DNA of 64,000 bases from Dendrobates tinctorius (GCF_039654945.1 NW_027361690.1:96782001-96846000), one strand, 5' to 3'. Shown: positions 12,187 through 26,224, numbered from the stretch's first letter. Notes: a model not told the origin generated them from the letters alone. Numbers and translations are program-made.

Positions 12187-14888
12187 CACAATGAGGTGAT
12201 GGCACTTGTAAATCCACGGAGTTTAAATATGCACAGCAATACTCATTAGTTGTTACAGCTGCAGAGACTCACCGCAAGGTGGATGCTTCAGGTGGCAGCA
12301 TGTAATCACTGAGGTGGAAAGTGCAGAGGCGCATATGCTAAACTAATACCATGGAGACCACAGACGCTATATGAAACCAGCGTCTGCCCAAGACAAAGTC
12401 TCAATATCTTACTTCCCCGCCTGCACAATAGCGCTGGAAGGTGCTGTCTCTGTCTTTTAGAAGGTGGTCATGTGACCTATTCTGGCAGGTCCTAATGCTG
12501 AAAAATAACGCTGCTTAAACCACTCTATTCTTCCATTATTAACATGAAATAAAGTTGGTGAACCAGATATCAAGAATTCCATGCATATGATTAAAGTGTG
12601 GCAATGAAATTATAACGGTTTAGCGCTACTTTGGCAAATGGGGTTATCTATTATAACCATATGAGACAAAAATTAGATAAGCACAAGTAGCGGCAGCTTA
12701 AAACACTCATCTAAGAATAGGTCAGAATTATGCACATAAATATAATCATGGCATATATACCGCAATAAGTTAACAATAGAGGTGCCAGCGACAAAATATT
12801 GCATTTTTATCCACCAAAAACTGAACTTGCCGATCTATAAGTACCCTCAAAGGAGATTACAAAACTTATATCGAGTTGGCATTATTTAAGAAATTTATTC
12901 AAAATGCAACACATAGTGCTATAAACACGCACAAAAGGATATTATAGCATATAAGCAAGAAATAAACATGTCGGTCTGTGAGTTCCATAGAAACTCACAA
13001 CATTTGTGCAGTATCGACATAGTTTGAGGTAATAACTCAAAATGCAAAGCATAGTACTAAAAGTGCACATAAGGAGGCGTCTCATAGCATATGGACACCA
13101 GATAAACAAGTCAATGTGTGAGTTCCCTAGAAACTCACAATACTTATACAGTGTCAGCATCATTTGATGCAATTATTCAAAATACAAAACATGGTACCGT
13201 AGTCGCACAGGGATGCATCTCGTAGCATATAAGCATCAGATCGCAGAATTAGACCATGAGACGGATCACCAAAATAATGTATTTTTACTTCATATTAAGT
13301 TCACTACCAACACATGAACTTAAACAGATTACTCCATCTATTATAACCATATAAGAAATGGTCAAATAGGTAAGGTAGAATAGCAGCAATTTGATGACGT
13401 CATCCCTGAGAGGGGTATTTAGCATGAATAAATTTGGTACACATGATTAGGCTCAAAACATATGCATGCCCCATAAAGATGTAAAGAAATGTGCTTTTTA
13501 ATCATCAAAGGCATACGATCACCAACTCCCAGAAATGATCATGTCCATCTATTAGTTCCCCATGAGGTGACAAAACTTGTACAATGTCAGCATAATTCCA
13601 GACGTACAGTCGGAATATAAAGCAAAATACCATTGGTACATACAAATAGGCATTATGCATTATGGCATATACATGTCGGATTAAAATACCAAAGAAGGCA
13701 AATCACCAAGATAATGATTTGAATACGCATTTAATTTACTTTGAAATATGTATTCACTTAGTCCAAACAGTTGTCATATTGGTCTATGAGTTCCATATAG
13801 GGACCCAACACTTATGAAAAGGACCGGTGTTATTTAAGAGGTTCACTTGAAGTGCAAAATATAAATATACTAGCACACACCAATGATTTTAAAGCCAATA
13901 GATATTATTGTTTACATTCATTACAGGCATACGTTCACCAGGTCTATAAAATAAGAATATCAATCAATGGGTCTCATAAAGAGTCCCATTATCACATAAA
14001 TTATGTCACAGGAGGGTCACCTGTAATAATGAATCAATACATATGTCATTGGGTCTCAGAGATTGAAAAGAGACAAAAAGCGATTCAAACCAAAAGGCAG
14101 ATATATAATAAATGACTGCTGTCATATAATCATCCAGGACGGTACATTATACAAAGGCTACGTTCGCCTTTCAGCCCATACAAAGGTATAGATCAAAGCT
14201 AGGAGCTTTGATGTATTGGTAACAGATGGAAAGTTTATAGCCCAACCCTATGGTTTGAGAAACATAACTTAGCCAAATATGACTACAAATCATGCAATGG
14301 TAAGAATACATCGCCTACCAGTCAAAAATCACATGACCATAATCAAATAAAATATATCACATCAAACCCTAATTATTCCTTGATGGTTTCCCATAGGATA
14401 GAAGGACCATATTTGATGCCAACAATATAAGGGAGGATACAAGGAGTGATACAGGCCCATTATTTAAAAATATAAATAAGAGGCAAAGATCAGCCATGCA
14501 TACCTTGGGTGGACAAAATATCTAAGAGTTGTGTAACTATTTCTTCAGGATACAGGCAAAATCTTCAGTAGAAAAGGAAAAATCCAAGGAGGGAGGAAAG
14601 GGGAAGGGAAAATGACAAAATCAGGCAGGATTTATACCACCGAAATTGAATAGAGCAAACTTCGTCAGACCATTAGTGTTCAATATACAACTTATGTAAA
14701 TAACAAGCTATATTTGATGCCAACAACACCAACGTACAGTTAGAATCCCATCCGGAATCGAACAGTCGAAAGCCAGTCATGTCTCAAAAATTTCTAATAA
14801 TGATACTAGAGGACAAGCACAATAGAATGACATTATGATCATACAAAAAAACAACAATAGATAGAAGTGATCGTATGAATCCCAATGT

Positions 14889-16764
14889 TTAGCGTTGCTT
14901 GTAGAAACCGGAAAACAAAAGTTCCTCATTTATACCCAGCGGGGCTAGACTACGTAAGTCAAAGATCCATTTAGATTCGCATCTCAGGAGTTTGGGAGCG
15001 ATGTTTCCTCCCCTGATGTTAATGTTGACTAGCTCAAGTCCCATAACTTTTATTCCTCTTGTGCTTCTTCTATGTACGTCCAGAAAATTGGCCGCCACAG
15101 AAGAGATGGCTTTATATTTCTCACGGTCCTTCTTGGCGGTGAAGATGTTAGATAGATGTTGCTGAACACGTCTTCTTAGCTCCTGATTTGTTTGACCCAC
15201 ATATGGTTTCGGGCATCCACAGATCAAGAGATACACAAGGTTTTTAGACCTACAATTAAAAAAGAATTTAGGTCTAATTGGAGACTGTATCGTAGGGATA
15301 CCATTCTGGGAACTGGGGAGATATAGTTAGAGAGTCTAGACTCGCTTAACAAGATGTTCCAGTTGTTGGACAAAATTTTGTGGACATCAGTCCATTGGTT
15401 ATTATAAGTTGTAATTATGGCAAGGTCTCTCCTGGTGTCACGTGTCCGTTTCTGTAAAAGTGCTGATCTCTCAACACTGTCGGCGTATTGATAGGCACTA
15501 GCCACTATCTTCTTTGGATACTTTCTATTTGTGAAACGGGAAGAAAGATCTTTAGCACATATTTGAAAATCTTCCCGAGCACTACAATTCCTACGAAGTC
15601 TCAAAAACTGACCTTTTGGGATTCCATTTCTAAGATGTCTTGGGTGCAAGCTGTCATAATGTAGGAGACTGTTGGTTGCGGTTGCCTTATGGTACAGGCA
15701 AGACTTGATCTTATTACCCTGAGCCATCAACTTGATATTGAGAAAATCTATTGAAGTTTCTGAAAAATTAGAAGTCAATTTGATGTTGAGAGAATTGTTA
15801 TTCAAATCATCAACAAACCGTTTACAATCATCTAGAGTGCCAGTCCAAATCAAAAGGACGTCATCAATATAGCGTCTCCAGGAAAAAACCTCAGAAAAAA
15901 GTTGATGTTTAAAAACCACTAGCTCCTCCCACCAACCAAGAACTAGATTCGCATATGAGGGTGCGCATCTCACCCCCATAGCCATGCCAGAGACCTGCCT
16001 ATAGAACTTCCTGTCAAACGTGAAGTAGTTTTCATCCAGAACGAAGTACAACAATTCCAAAAGAAATTTGTTATGCTTACCATCAATTAAAGGTTGCTTG
16101 TCAATGAAAAAGGAAACAGCTTCTATTCCATGGACATGTGCGATGTTAGTGTATAAGGATTCCACATCTAAGCCAGCAGGATGGTATTCTCCGGAATAAT
16201 AAGCTCCTCCAAGTACGACATAAGGTGTGCCGAATCCCTAACAAAAGAATCCAGGGAAGAGGCCAATGGTTGAAGAAAGTGGTCAATGTATATACAGGGT
16301 CGTTCCATCAGACCCCCAATACCTGACACTATTGGCCTACCTGTAGGATTTGCATGCGACTTATGCACCTTCGGTAGAATATAAAAAGTTGGAGAGACCC
16401 GATGATGAGTAGTCAAAAAGTCAGCCTCTTTCTTATTTAGGACATGGTTATCAAACGCTCTCCATATCAATTGGTCCATTCTATCCTTGAAGATATTAGT
16501 ATGATCTGAAGAATCAAATAATGATTAGCGTTATTCAGATGTTTAAACACCTCAGTAGTGTACAGGTCATGGGGCCAAAGTACAATATTGCCGCCCTTGT
16601 CAGCTTCTCTTATGATAAACTCATTGTTCTCCCGTAAATTCCTTAAGCCTTTTTTTTCTTCAAGGCTTAAGTTGTTTTGTCTGTTTTTATCCAACTTCAA
16701 TTTATCTAAATCTCTACAGACACTATCAAAAAATATCTGTATTACCGGAAACAATGATAGCGAA
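14889..16764 (-). pseudogene. Penelope RT / GIY-YIG endonuclease ORF, broken into 4 pieces
   Basis: ORFs 16467..16775, 16168..16479, 15224..16165, 14889..15236 (YLLICGCPKPYVGQT...R...H...E..WI...G.N). Confidence 0.92.
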
Positions 16765-18164
16765 GGGGTTTCCACTGTTTAGGCACATCAGGGGCTTTCC
16801 AAACGCGACATGGCGTCCGATCTCAATTCCAGCCAAAAAAGTTAAATGGCACTGCTTCCCTTCCGAGCTCTGCCATGTGCCCAAATAGTGGTTTACCCCC
16901 ATATATGGGGTATCAGCGTACTCAGGTCAAATTGGACAACAACTTTTGGGGTCCAATTTCTCCTGCTACCTTTGGGAGAATAAAAAATTGGGGACTAAAC
17001 GATCATGTTTGTGGAAAAAATATGATTTTTTATTTTCACGCCCGGGCGTTATAAACTCCTGTGAAGCCCTAGGGGGTTCAAGGTGCTCACCATACATCTA
17101 GAAAAGTTCCTTACGGGGTCTAGTTTACAAAATATTGTCACTTGGGGGGTTTCCACTGTTTGGGCACATTGGGGGCTCGTCAAATGCAACATGGCGTCCA
17201 ATCTCAATTCCAGACAATTTTAGGTTGAAAAAGTCAAACGGCGCTGCTCCCCTTCTGAGCCCTGCCGTGCGCCCAAACAGTGGTCCCCCACATATTAGGG
17301 TATCAGCGTACTCAGGACAAATTGGACAACAACTTTTGTGGTCCAATGACTAAAAAGTTAAATGTTAATTTTTTCCTTCCATGTTGCTTCTGGTCCTGTG
17401 AAGCGCCTGAATGGTTAATAATCTTGAATGTAGTTTTGAGTAGCTTGAGGGGTGCAGTTTTTAGAATGGTGTCACTTTTGGGTATTTTCTGCCATATAGA
17501 CTCCTCAAAGTGACTTCAAATGTGAGGTGGTCCCTAAAAAATGGTTTTGTAGATTTTGTTGTAAAAATGAGAAATCGCCGGTCAACTTTTAACCCTTATA
17601 ACTTCCTAACATAAAAAATTTTGTTTCCAAAATTGTGCTGATGTAAAGTAGACATGTGGGAAATGTTATTTATTAACTATTTTGTGTCACGTTACTCTCT
17701 GGTTTAAGGGCATAAAAATTCAAATTTGAAAATTGCAAAAGTTTTCGCCATATTTCCGTTTTTTTCATAAATAAACGCAAGTTATAGCGAAGAAATTTTA
17801 TCACTAAAGTGAAGTACAATATGTCATGAGAAAACAATGTCAGAATCGCCTAGATCCGTTGAAGCGTTCCAGAGTTATTACCTCATAAAGGGAGAGTGGT
17901 CAGAATTGTAAAAATTGGCCCGGGAGTTAACGTGCAAACCACCCTTGGTAGTAAAGGGGTTAAGCGACGGGACACACAGATTAGGGAAACCCTTCTTCTT
18001 ATCACCTGCTTTCTGAAGGATATTGTCCAGTGTTTCCCCAAACAAAAATTGACCTTCACATGGGATTGAGCACAGCTTAAGTTTTGTCTGCAAGTCTCCT
18101 GGCCAACACTTGAGCCATAGCGCCCTACGGGCTGTGTTTGAGAGGGCTGCAGACTTAGATGTTA

Positions 18165-18607
18165 AATACCAACAAATATGACAAACAAACATGGTTAATA
18201 CCCATGTGTATAAGGGATTGTTATAGCCTATCATCAATTACTACATAGCACAGAACACAGAAAAAATGATTACAAGGCAAAATTTCATAAATTTGAAAAG
18301 TTTATATTGAGGCAAAATTATTAAAACCATACTGCCAAGAAACAGGGAAGGTAGGAAGGTTCAAATATACCTGTCATTCACAATCATTCATTCAACGCAC
18401 ACATCTAGAGGAAACAGCTACCACCATATAAATAGACACAGGGACTGCCAGTAAACTATTACAGTTTCAAAGAGCGGAGTAACGGCGCCCTATTAATACA
18501 CTTCCTACCTTCCCTGTTTCTTGGCAGTATAGTTTTAATAATTTTGTCTCAATAAAAACTATTTTTATATTTATGAAATTTTGCCTTGTAATCATTTTTT
18601 CTGTTTC
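18165..18607. mobile_element. 443-bp non-coding insertion with ~100-bp inverted arms, probably a Penelope-type terminal fragment
   Basis: 15-bp TSD CAGACTTAGATGTTA (18150-18164, 18608-18622); arms ~18257-18358 and ~18502-18604. Confidence 0.75.
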
Positions 18608-18859
18608 CAGACTTAGATGTTAGCCTGAATCGGCTGATAAATCTGCCAGGGAAGCAGCTGTACCTCTTATCAGGGGAATAGACTCCAGAATTTTATTCCT
18701 GGGCACCCCATCCCAAAGCTGCTTTTCTAACTGATCTACCCACACCATAAGAGACCTGGAGGTACATGTTGCTGCTAAGGTGGGCCTAAGGTTTCCTCCT
18801 GCTGGCTCCCATGCCACCCTGAGAAAGGTGTCTGCTTTCTTGTCTAAGGAATCTTTTAA

Positions 18860-21800
18860 CCCCTTTCTGTCATGTAACGTACTATCCCGTCCATGTGCCC
18901 TAGGACTTAATTCCCAGGGACGGGATAGTACGTCACAGCGATCAGCGGCACCCACGTGGTGAGCGCCGCTGATCGCGGCCGGGTTTCAGCTGATTATCAC
19001 AGCTGACATCCGGCACAATGTGTCAGGGGCTGTCACGGACCGCCCCCGACACGTTAACCCCTTGCTCACCGCAATCAAACACGATCGCGATGTACCGGGG
19101 GTTAAAGGGAAGCATCGGCAGGTAGGGGGCTCCCTCCCTGCTTCTCTGAGCCCCCCACAGCAGCGCAATGTGCAGCGCTGCTGCGGGGGGCTCCATCCCT
19201 GCAGGTCCCCGAATCCAAGATGGTGACGGGGACCTTCGGGGGCCTGCAGGGAGCTGGCTTCCTCGTGCCTGCAAAGCGCAGGCACGAGGAAGCCTTGTGC
19301 ACTGCCTGTGACAGATTGCTGATCGCTGATCAGCGATCTGTCACAGGACAGTGATGTCCCACCTGAGACAATGTAATAAAGTAAAAGAAAAAAAAAGTGT
19401 AGAAATAATTTAAAAAAAAATCGCTAAATAAATTCAAGAAAAAAAAAATTCCCTAATAAATTCATTTTTTGGAAATTAAAAAAAAACAATAAAAGTACAC
19501 ATATTTGGTATCGCCGCGTCCATAATGACCCACCCTATAAAACTATAAAACTGTCCCATTAGTTAACCCCTTTAGCGAACCCCTTAAAAAATAAAAATCG
19601 AAGCAAAAAATAATGATTTATTATCATACCTCCGAGCAAAAAGTGCAATAACGCGTGATCAAAAAGACGCATATAAATATGCATGGTACCGCTGAAAACG
19701 AGCCGCCATACAGCGTCATCAGTGAAAAAATAAAAAAGTTATAGCTCGCAGAATAAAGCGATCCAATAAAGCGATCCAAAAATAATTATTTTTTATATAA
19801 AATTGTTTTCATTGCTTTCATTGCATAAAAGCGCCAAAACATAAAAAAAACCTAAATGAGGTATCGCTGTAACCTTACTGACCCGAAGAATAAAACCACT
19901 TTATCAATTTTACCGCACGCGGAACGGTGTAAACACACACCCCAAAAGAAATTAATGAAACGCTGGTTTTTGTTCATTCTGCGTCCCAAAAATCGGAATA
20001 AAAAGTGATCAAAAGATGTCACGTGCCCGAACATGATACCAATAAAAGCGTCAACTCGTCCTGCAAAAAATAAGACCTCACATGACTCAGTGGGTCAAAA
20101 TATGGAAAAATTATAGCTCTCAATATGTGGTGATGCAAAAACTATTTTTACAATAAAAAGCGTCTTTTAGCGTGTGACAGCTGCCAAATATAAAAACCGC
20201 CATAAATAGTAAATCAAATCCCCCGTTATCACCCCCTTAGTTAGGGAAAAATAATAAAATTAAAAAAAAGTATTTATTTCCATTTTCCCATTATGGCTAG
20301 GGCTAGGGTAAGGGCTGAGATTAGGGTTAGGGGTGTGTTGGGGTTAGGGTTGGAGTTAGAATTGGGGGGTTTCCACTATTTGGGCACATCAGGTGCACTC
20401 CAAATACAACATGGCATCTGATCTCAATTCCAGCCAATTCTGAAAAAGTCAAATGGTGCTCCTTCCCTTCCAAGCTCTGCCATGCGCCCAAACAGTGTTT
20501 TACCCCCACATGTAGGGTATCAGCGTACTCAGGACAAATTGCAAAACAACTTTTGGGGTCCAATTTCTCCTGTTACCCTTAGGAAAATAAAAAATTGGGG
20601 CAAAAACATCATTTTTTTATTTTCACGCCCGGGCGTTACAAACTTCTGTGAAGCACTTGGGGGTTCAAAGTGTTCACCACACATCTAGATAAGTTCCGTG
20701 GGGGGTCTAGTTTCCAAAATGGGGTCACTTGTGGGGAGTTTCAATAGTTTTGGTACATCAGAGGCTCTCCAAACGCACATGACACTCGCAGAACATTCCA
20801 TCAAAGTCTGCATTCCAAAACGTCACTACTTCCCTTCCGAGCCCCGACGTGTGGCCATACAGTAGTTTTCTCCCACATATAAGGTATCAGCATACTCAGG
20901 ACAAATTGGACAACAACTTTTGGGGTCCATTTTCTCCTGATACCCTTGGGAAAATAAAAAAATTGGGGACTAAATGATCATGTTTGTGGAAAAAATACGA
21001 TTTTTTTATTTTCATGCCCGGGCATTATAAACTTCTGTGAAGCCCTTGGGGGTTCAAAGTGCTCACCACACATCTAGATAAGTTCCTTAGGGGGTCTAGT
21101 TTCCAAAATGGTGTCACTTATGGGGGGTTTCCACTGTTTAGGTACATCAGGGGCTCTCCAAAAGCAACATGACACCCGCAGACCATTCCATCAAAGTCTG
21201 CATTCCAAAACATCACTACTTCCCTTCCGAGCCCCCACGTGTGCCCATAGAGTAGTTTTCTCCCACATATGGGGTATCAGCGTACTCAGGACAAATTGGA
21301 CAACAACTTTTGGGGTCCAATTTCTCCTGGTACCCTTGGGAAAATAAAAAAATTGGTGACTAAAAGATCATGTTTGTGGAAAAAATACGATTTTTTTATT
21401 TTCACGCCCGGTCGTTATAAACTTCTGTGAAGCACAGGGGGGTTCAAAGTGCTCACCACACATCTAGATAAGTTCCTTGGGGGGTCTAGTTTCCAAAATG
21501 GTGTAATTTGTGGGGGGGTTTCACTGTTTTGGTGCATCAGGGGCTTTCCAAACGCGACATGGTGTCCGATCTCAATTCCAGCCAAAAATGTCAAATGGCG
21601 CTGCTTCCCTTCCGAGCTCTGCCAAGCGCCCAAATAGTGGTTTACCCCCACATGTGGGGTATCAGCGTACTCAGGACAAATTGCACAATAAATAACTTTT
21701 AGGGTCCTGTTACCCTTGGAAAAATAAGAATTGAGGTTGAAAAGATTATTTTTGTGGAAAAAATGATTTTTTAATTGTACGGGCTGTACGTTATAAACTT

Positions 21801-23140
21801 CGGTGAAGCCCTTGGGGGTTCAAAGTTCTCACCACACATCTAGATAAGTTCCTTGGGGGGTCTAGTTTCCAAAATGGTGTCATTTGTGAGGGGTTTCCAC
21901 TGTTTTGGTACATCAGGGGTTTTCCAATCGCGACATCGTGTCCGATCTCAATTCCAGCCAAAAAAGTCAAATGGCGCTGCTTCCCTTCTGAGCTCTGCCA
22001 TGCGCCAAAATAGTCGTTTACACCCACATATGGGGTATCAGCGTACTCAGGACAAATTGCACAATAACTTTTAGGGTCCTGTTACCCTTGGGAAAATAAA
22101 AATTGGGGGTGAAAAGATCATTTTTGTGGAAAAAATATGATTTTTTAATTGTACCGCTGTACGTTATAAACTTCTGTGAAGCCCTTGTTGGTTCAAAGTT
22201 CTCACCACATATCTAGGTAAGTTCCTTGGGGGGTCTAGTTTCCAAAATGGGGTCACTTGTGGGGAGTTTCCACTGTTTAGGTACATCAGGGGCTCTCCAA
22301 ACGTGACATGGCGTCCGATCTGAATTGATCTAGCCAATTTTGCATTGAAAAAGTCAAACGGCGCTCCTTCCCTTCTGAGCTCTGCCATGCGCCGAAACAG
22401 TGGTTCCCCCCACATATCAGGTATCAGCGTACTCAGGACAAACTGCACAATAACTTTTGTAGTCCAACTTCTCCTGTTACCCTTGGTAAAATAAAAAAAA
22501 TTGAACCTGAAGTATTTTTTTTGTGAAAAAAAGTTAAATGTTCATTTTTTTTTAAATATTCAAAAAAATCCTGTGAAGCACCTGAAGGGTTAATAAACTT
22601 CTTGAATGTGGTTTTGAGCACATTAAGGGGTGCAGTTTTTAGAATGGTGTCACTTTTACAGTATTTTCTATCATATAGACCCCTCAAAGTGGCTTCAAAT
22701 GTGATGTGGTCCGTAAAAATAAAATGGTGTTGTAAAAATGAGAAATCGCTGGTCAACTTTTAACCCTTATACCTTCCTAACCAAAAAAAATTTGGGTTCC
22801 AAAATTGTGCTGATGTAAAGTAAACATGTGGGAAATGTTACTTATTAAGTTTTTTGTGTGCCGTATCTCTGTGATTTAAGGGAATAAAAATTCAAATTTG
22901 GAAAATTGCGAAATTTTCAAAATTTTCTCCAAATTTCCCTTTTTTTCATAAATAAACGCAAGTTATATGAATGAAATTTTACAACTAGCATGAAGTACAA
23001 TATGTCACGAGAAAACAATGTCAGAATCACCAGGATCCATGGAAGCGTTTCAGAGTTATTACCTCATAAAGGGACAGTGGTCAGAATTGTAAAAATTGGC
23101 CCGGTCATGAACGTGCAAACCACCCTTGGGGGTTAAGGGG
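18860..23140 (+). mobile_element. Non-autonomous piggyBac-type element B with internal 373-390 bp tandem array
   Basis: TTAA TSD 18856-18859 and 23141-23144; CCCCTT/AAGGGG ends; removal restores DIRS gag EDVGT-LKDSLDKK. Confidence 0.92.
20365..22480 (+). repeat. Tandem array of 373-390 bp units, two subtypes
   Basis: TCTAGTTTCCAAAATGG at 20706, 21095, 21485, 21861, 22234. Confidence 0.92.
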
Positions 23141-24864
23141 TTAATGTCCCCACATCCTCGAAGGAGAGGGCAAATTTCTTAGAGGTTTTGGCTACTGCAA
23201 CATCAAGCTTTGGGACCTTGTCCCATAATGTGGATGCCTCCTCGTCAAAGGTGTACTTTCTCTTAAGGGAAGGCGCCGAGGAATTTTTCCTGTCAGGTTT
23301 TTCCCCCTCTTTCTTAATCAGGCCCTGGATATTTTCGTTCATGGGGAAAACATTACGTTTCTTTTGGCCTAACCCCATTAATTAACATTATATCCTGAAT
23401 CATTTTGTCAGGGCGAGGGTCTATTACTCCCATGGTTGATCTAACTGCTTTTACAAGGGTATCAACTTCATCTAGGGGAACGCAGTGATGTCCCCCAGAT
23501 TCATCGTCCGAGGATGAGGAAGGATCTGGTACATCTGAGGCGATTTCCGTGGAACTAGGGAAATCCGACTGGGAGTATACAGCAGCTTCCTTTCTTTGGA
23601 CCTTATCTTCCTGTTTAACCCCTTAGTGACAGAGCCAGTTTGCAGCTTCATGACCAGGCCAATTTTTACAATTCTGACCACTGTCACTTTATGAGGTTAT
23701 AACTCTGGAACGCTTTAATGGGTCCCTCTGATTCTGAGACTGTTTTTTCGTGACATATTTTACTTTATGTTAGTGGTAAAATTTCTTCGATAAGTCTTGT
23801 GTTTATTTATGAAAAAAAGCGTAAATATGGCGAAAATTTTGAAAATTTTGCAATTTTAAAACTTTAAATTTTTATGCCCTTAAATCAGAGAGATGTGTCA
23901 CACAAATTTCTTAATAAATAACATTTCCCTCATGTCTACTTTACATCAGCACAATTTTGAATGCAACATTTTTTTTGTTAGGAAGTTATAAGGGTTAAAA
24001 GTTGACCAGTGATTTCTCATTTTTACAACAAAATTTACAAAACCATTTTTTTTAAGGACCACATCATATTTAAAGTCATTTTGAGGGGTGTACATGACAG
24101 AAAATACCCAAAAGTGACTAGACCCCTCAAGGTGCGCAAAACCACATTCAAGAAGTTAATTGACCCTTTACATGCAAGAACTAAAGCAATGTGGAAGGAA
24201 AAAATTAACATTTAACTTTTTTTTGCAAAAATTTAATTCAGAACCAATTTTTTTTATTTTCACAAGGGTTAAAAGAGAAAATGAACCATAAAATTTGTTG
24301 TGCAATTTCTCCTGAATACGCCGATACCCCATATGTGGAGGTAAACCACTTTTTCAGCGCACGGCAGAGCTCGCAAGGGAAGGAGCCCGTTTGACTTTTT
24401 CAACGCAGAATTGGCTGGAATTGAGATCGGATGCCATGTTGCGTTTGGAGAGCCCCTGATGTCCCTAAACAGTGGAAACCCCCAACAAGTGACCCCATTT
24501 TGGAAACTAGAACCCTTAAAGAACTTATCTAGAAGTGTGGTGAGCACTTTGAACCTTCAATTGCTTCCACAAAAGTTTTTGTGCAATTTGTCCTGAGTAC
24601 GCTGATACCCCATATGTGGGGGGGGGGGATCCACTGTTTGGGTGCATGGGAGAGCTTGGAAGGGAAGGAGTGCCATTTTGGAATGCAGACGTTGATGGAA
24701 TCATCTGCGGGCGTCATGTTGCGTTTGCAGAGCCCCTGATGTGACTAAACAGTATAAACCCCCCACAAGTGATCCCATCTTGGAAACTAGACCCCCGAAG
24801 GAGCTTATCTAGATATGTGGTGAGCACTTTGAACCAAGTGCATCACAGAAGTTTATAAACATAA

Positions 24865-25727
24865 TGTTATGAATGGGTCACCGAGGAGGAAAAATCAAAA
24901 CAAGCTAAGTCACAGAAAACCATAGAGGTTGGTAACTATGCAGATTGCAGATCCCTGGTCCTGACCACACAACTAGCAGCAGCCGTGGAGCGTGCCTACG
25001 ATGATCCTAGACGCTTCGTCACAGCCGGAGAACTACATAAGCCTGAAGCAAGAAAAGGGGAAAACTAACTGCCCCAGAGCAGACCCCAAAGAAAAGACAG
25101 CCCCCACACATGTATTGACGGTGAAACAAGATGAAAGCATAAACACAGGCAGGAAAATAGGCTGAGCAAACGATGGGGCCCAAACTAACTAGACAGGAAA
25201 GGAAAGACACTGTCTGCAATCTGCTAAAAACCCTACAAAAATAATGTCCAACACTTCTGATAACAAAATTAACCCTGAAGTCACTAGACTTCTCTCACTA
25301 TATCAGCACTCTTAAATATTCTGAGACAGAGCAAAAAGAGGCCAATCTAATAAGGGACAAAAAGCAAATTGGCAAATACAGATAAATAAGAGTGGAAATT
25401 CAGCACAGCCCCAGCCGGGGCTGGCTGACCACACAAAAAACTGAATAGACCAACAAAATCAAGTGTGAACATTAGCAGAAAAACAGCTTGAGCTGACTGG
25501 AACAGAGCTGAGAACCAAGACCTGACAAGCCAGAAGGAATCACCAGCACCAGAATTGGGCGTCGGCTGTCTTAAATCGAGTCTGAGATTCCTGAAGTCCA
25601 ATCGTCATCCTCCTTATCAGGTGGCAGATCTCCACTGATTAAATCAGCCTCACTACCTCCTGTTACCACCAGAGGGAGCCTGGAAGGAGAACTCACAACT
25701 GGTAGACCAGAAACTTAACTCACAAGA
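24865..25727. repeat. Probable solo LTR inside element C
   Basis: Starts TGTTATG, interrupts one tandem unit; imperfect TSD CATAA/CATAG, 3' CA degraded. Confidence 0.65.
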
Positions 25728-26224
25728 CATAGAGCTGTGAAAATTACAAATAAATTTTTTTCCTCAAAAATGATTTTTAGCCCACTATTTTTTATTTTCC
25801 TAAGGGCAGCAGGAGAAATTGGACCACAAAAGTTGTTATGCAATTTCTCCTGTGTACGCTGATACTCCATATATGGGGGGGAACCACTGTTTGGGCGCAT
25901 GGGAGAGCTCAGAAGGGAAGAAATGCCATTTTGGAATGCAGACTTTGATGGAATGGTCCGCGGGCGTCATGTTGCATTTGCAGAGCCCTTGATGTACCTA
26001 AACAGTGGAAACCCCCCACAAGTGACCCCATTTTGGAAACTAGACCCCCAAGGAGCTTATCTAGATGTGTGGTGAGCACTTTGAATCCCCAAGTGCTTCA
26101 CAGAAGTTTATAACGCAGAGCCGTGAAAATAAAGTCTTTTTTATTTCCACAAAAGTGATTTTTTTAGCCCCCAATTTTTAGACCCCCAAAGTTGGTAAAT
26201 AGTGGAAACCCCTCAATTCTTGCT

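Larger units (their letters stand above)
11967..16764 (-). mobile_element. Penelope-like element 1 (5'-truncated; RT + GIY-YIG; long non-coding 3' region)
   Basis: ADKGG, PTFYILPKVHK, GRPIVSG, SLYTNI, GMAMG, RRYIDD; flanked by GGGGTTTCCACTGTTT at 11951-11966 and 16765-16780. Confidence 0.9.
10504..17959 (+). mobile_element. Non-autonomous piggyBac-type (Tx1D-like) element A, containing a Penelope insertion
   Basis: TTAA|CCCCTTT...AAAGGGG|TTAA (TSD 10500-10503, 17960-17963); colinear with element B. Confidence 0.88.

Noticed and set aside
14655-14675. CTGACGA on the - strand as a possible hammerhead
   Set aside because: No stem II/GAAA/stem I partner found
20327-22756. Many similar short ORFs (MGVNH..., TPFWKLDPPRNLSR), also at 37-38, 44-46 and 53-54 kb
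   Set aside because: Translations of the non-coding ~380-bp tandem unit; frames are not conserved between units
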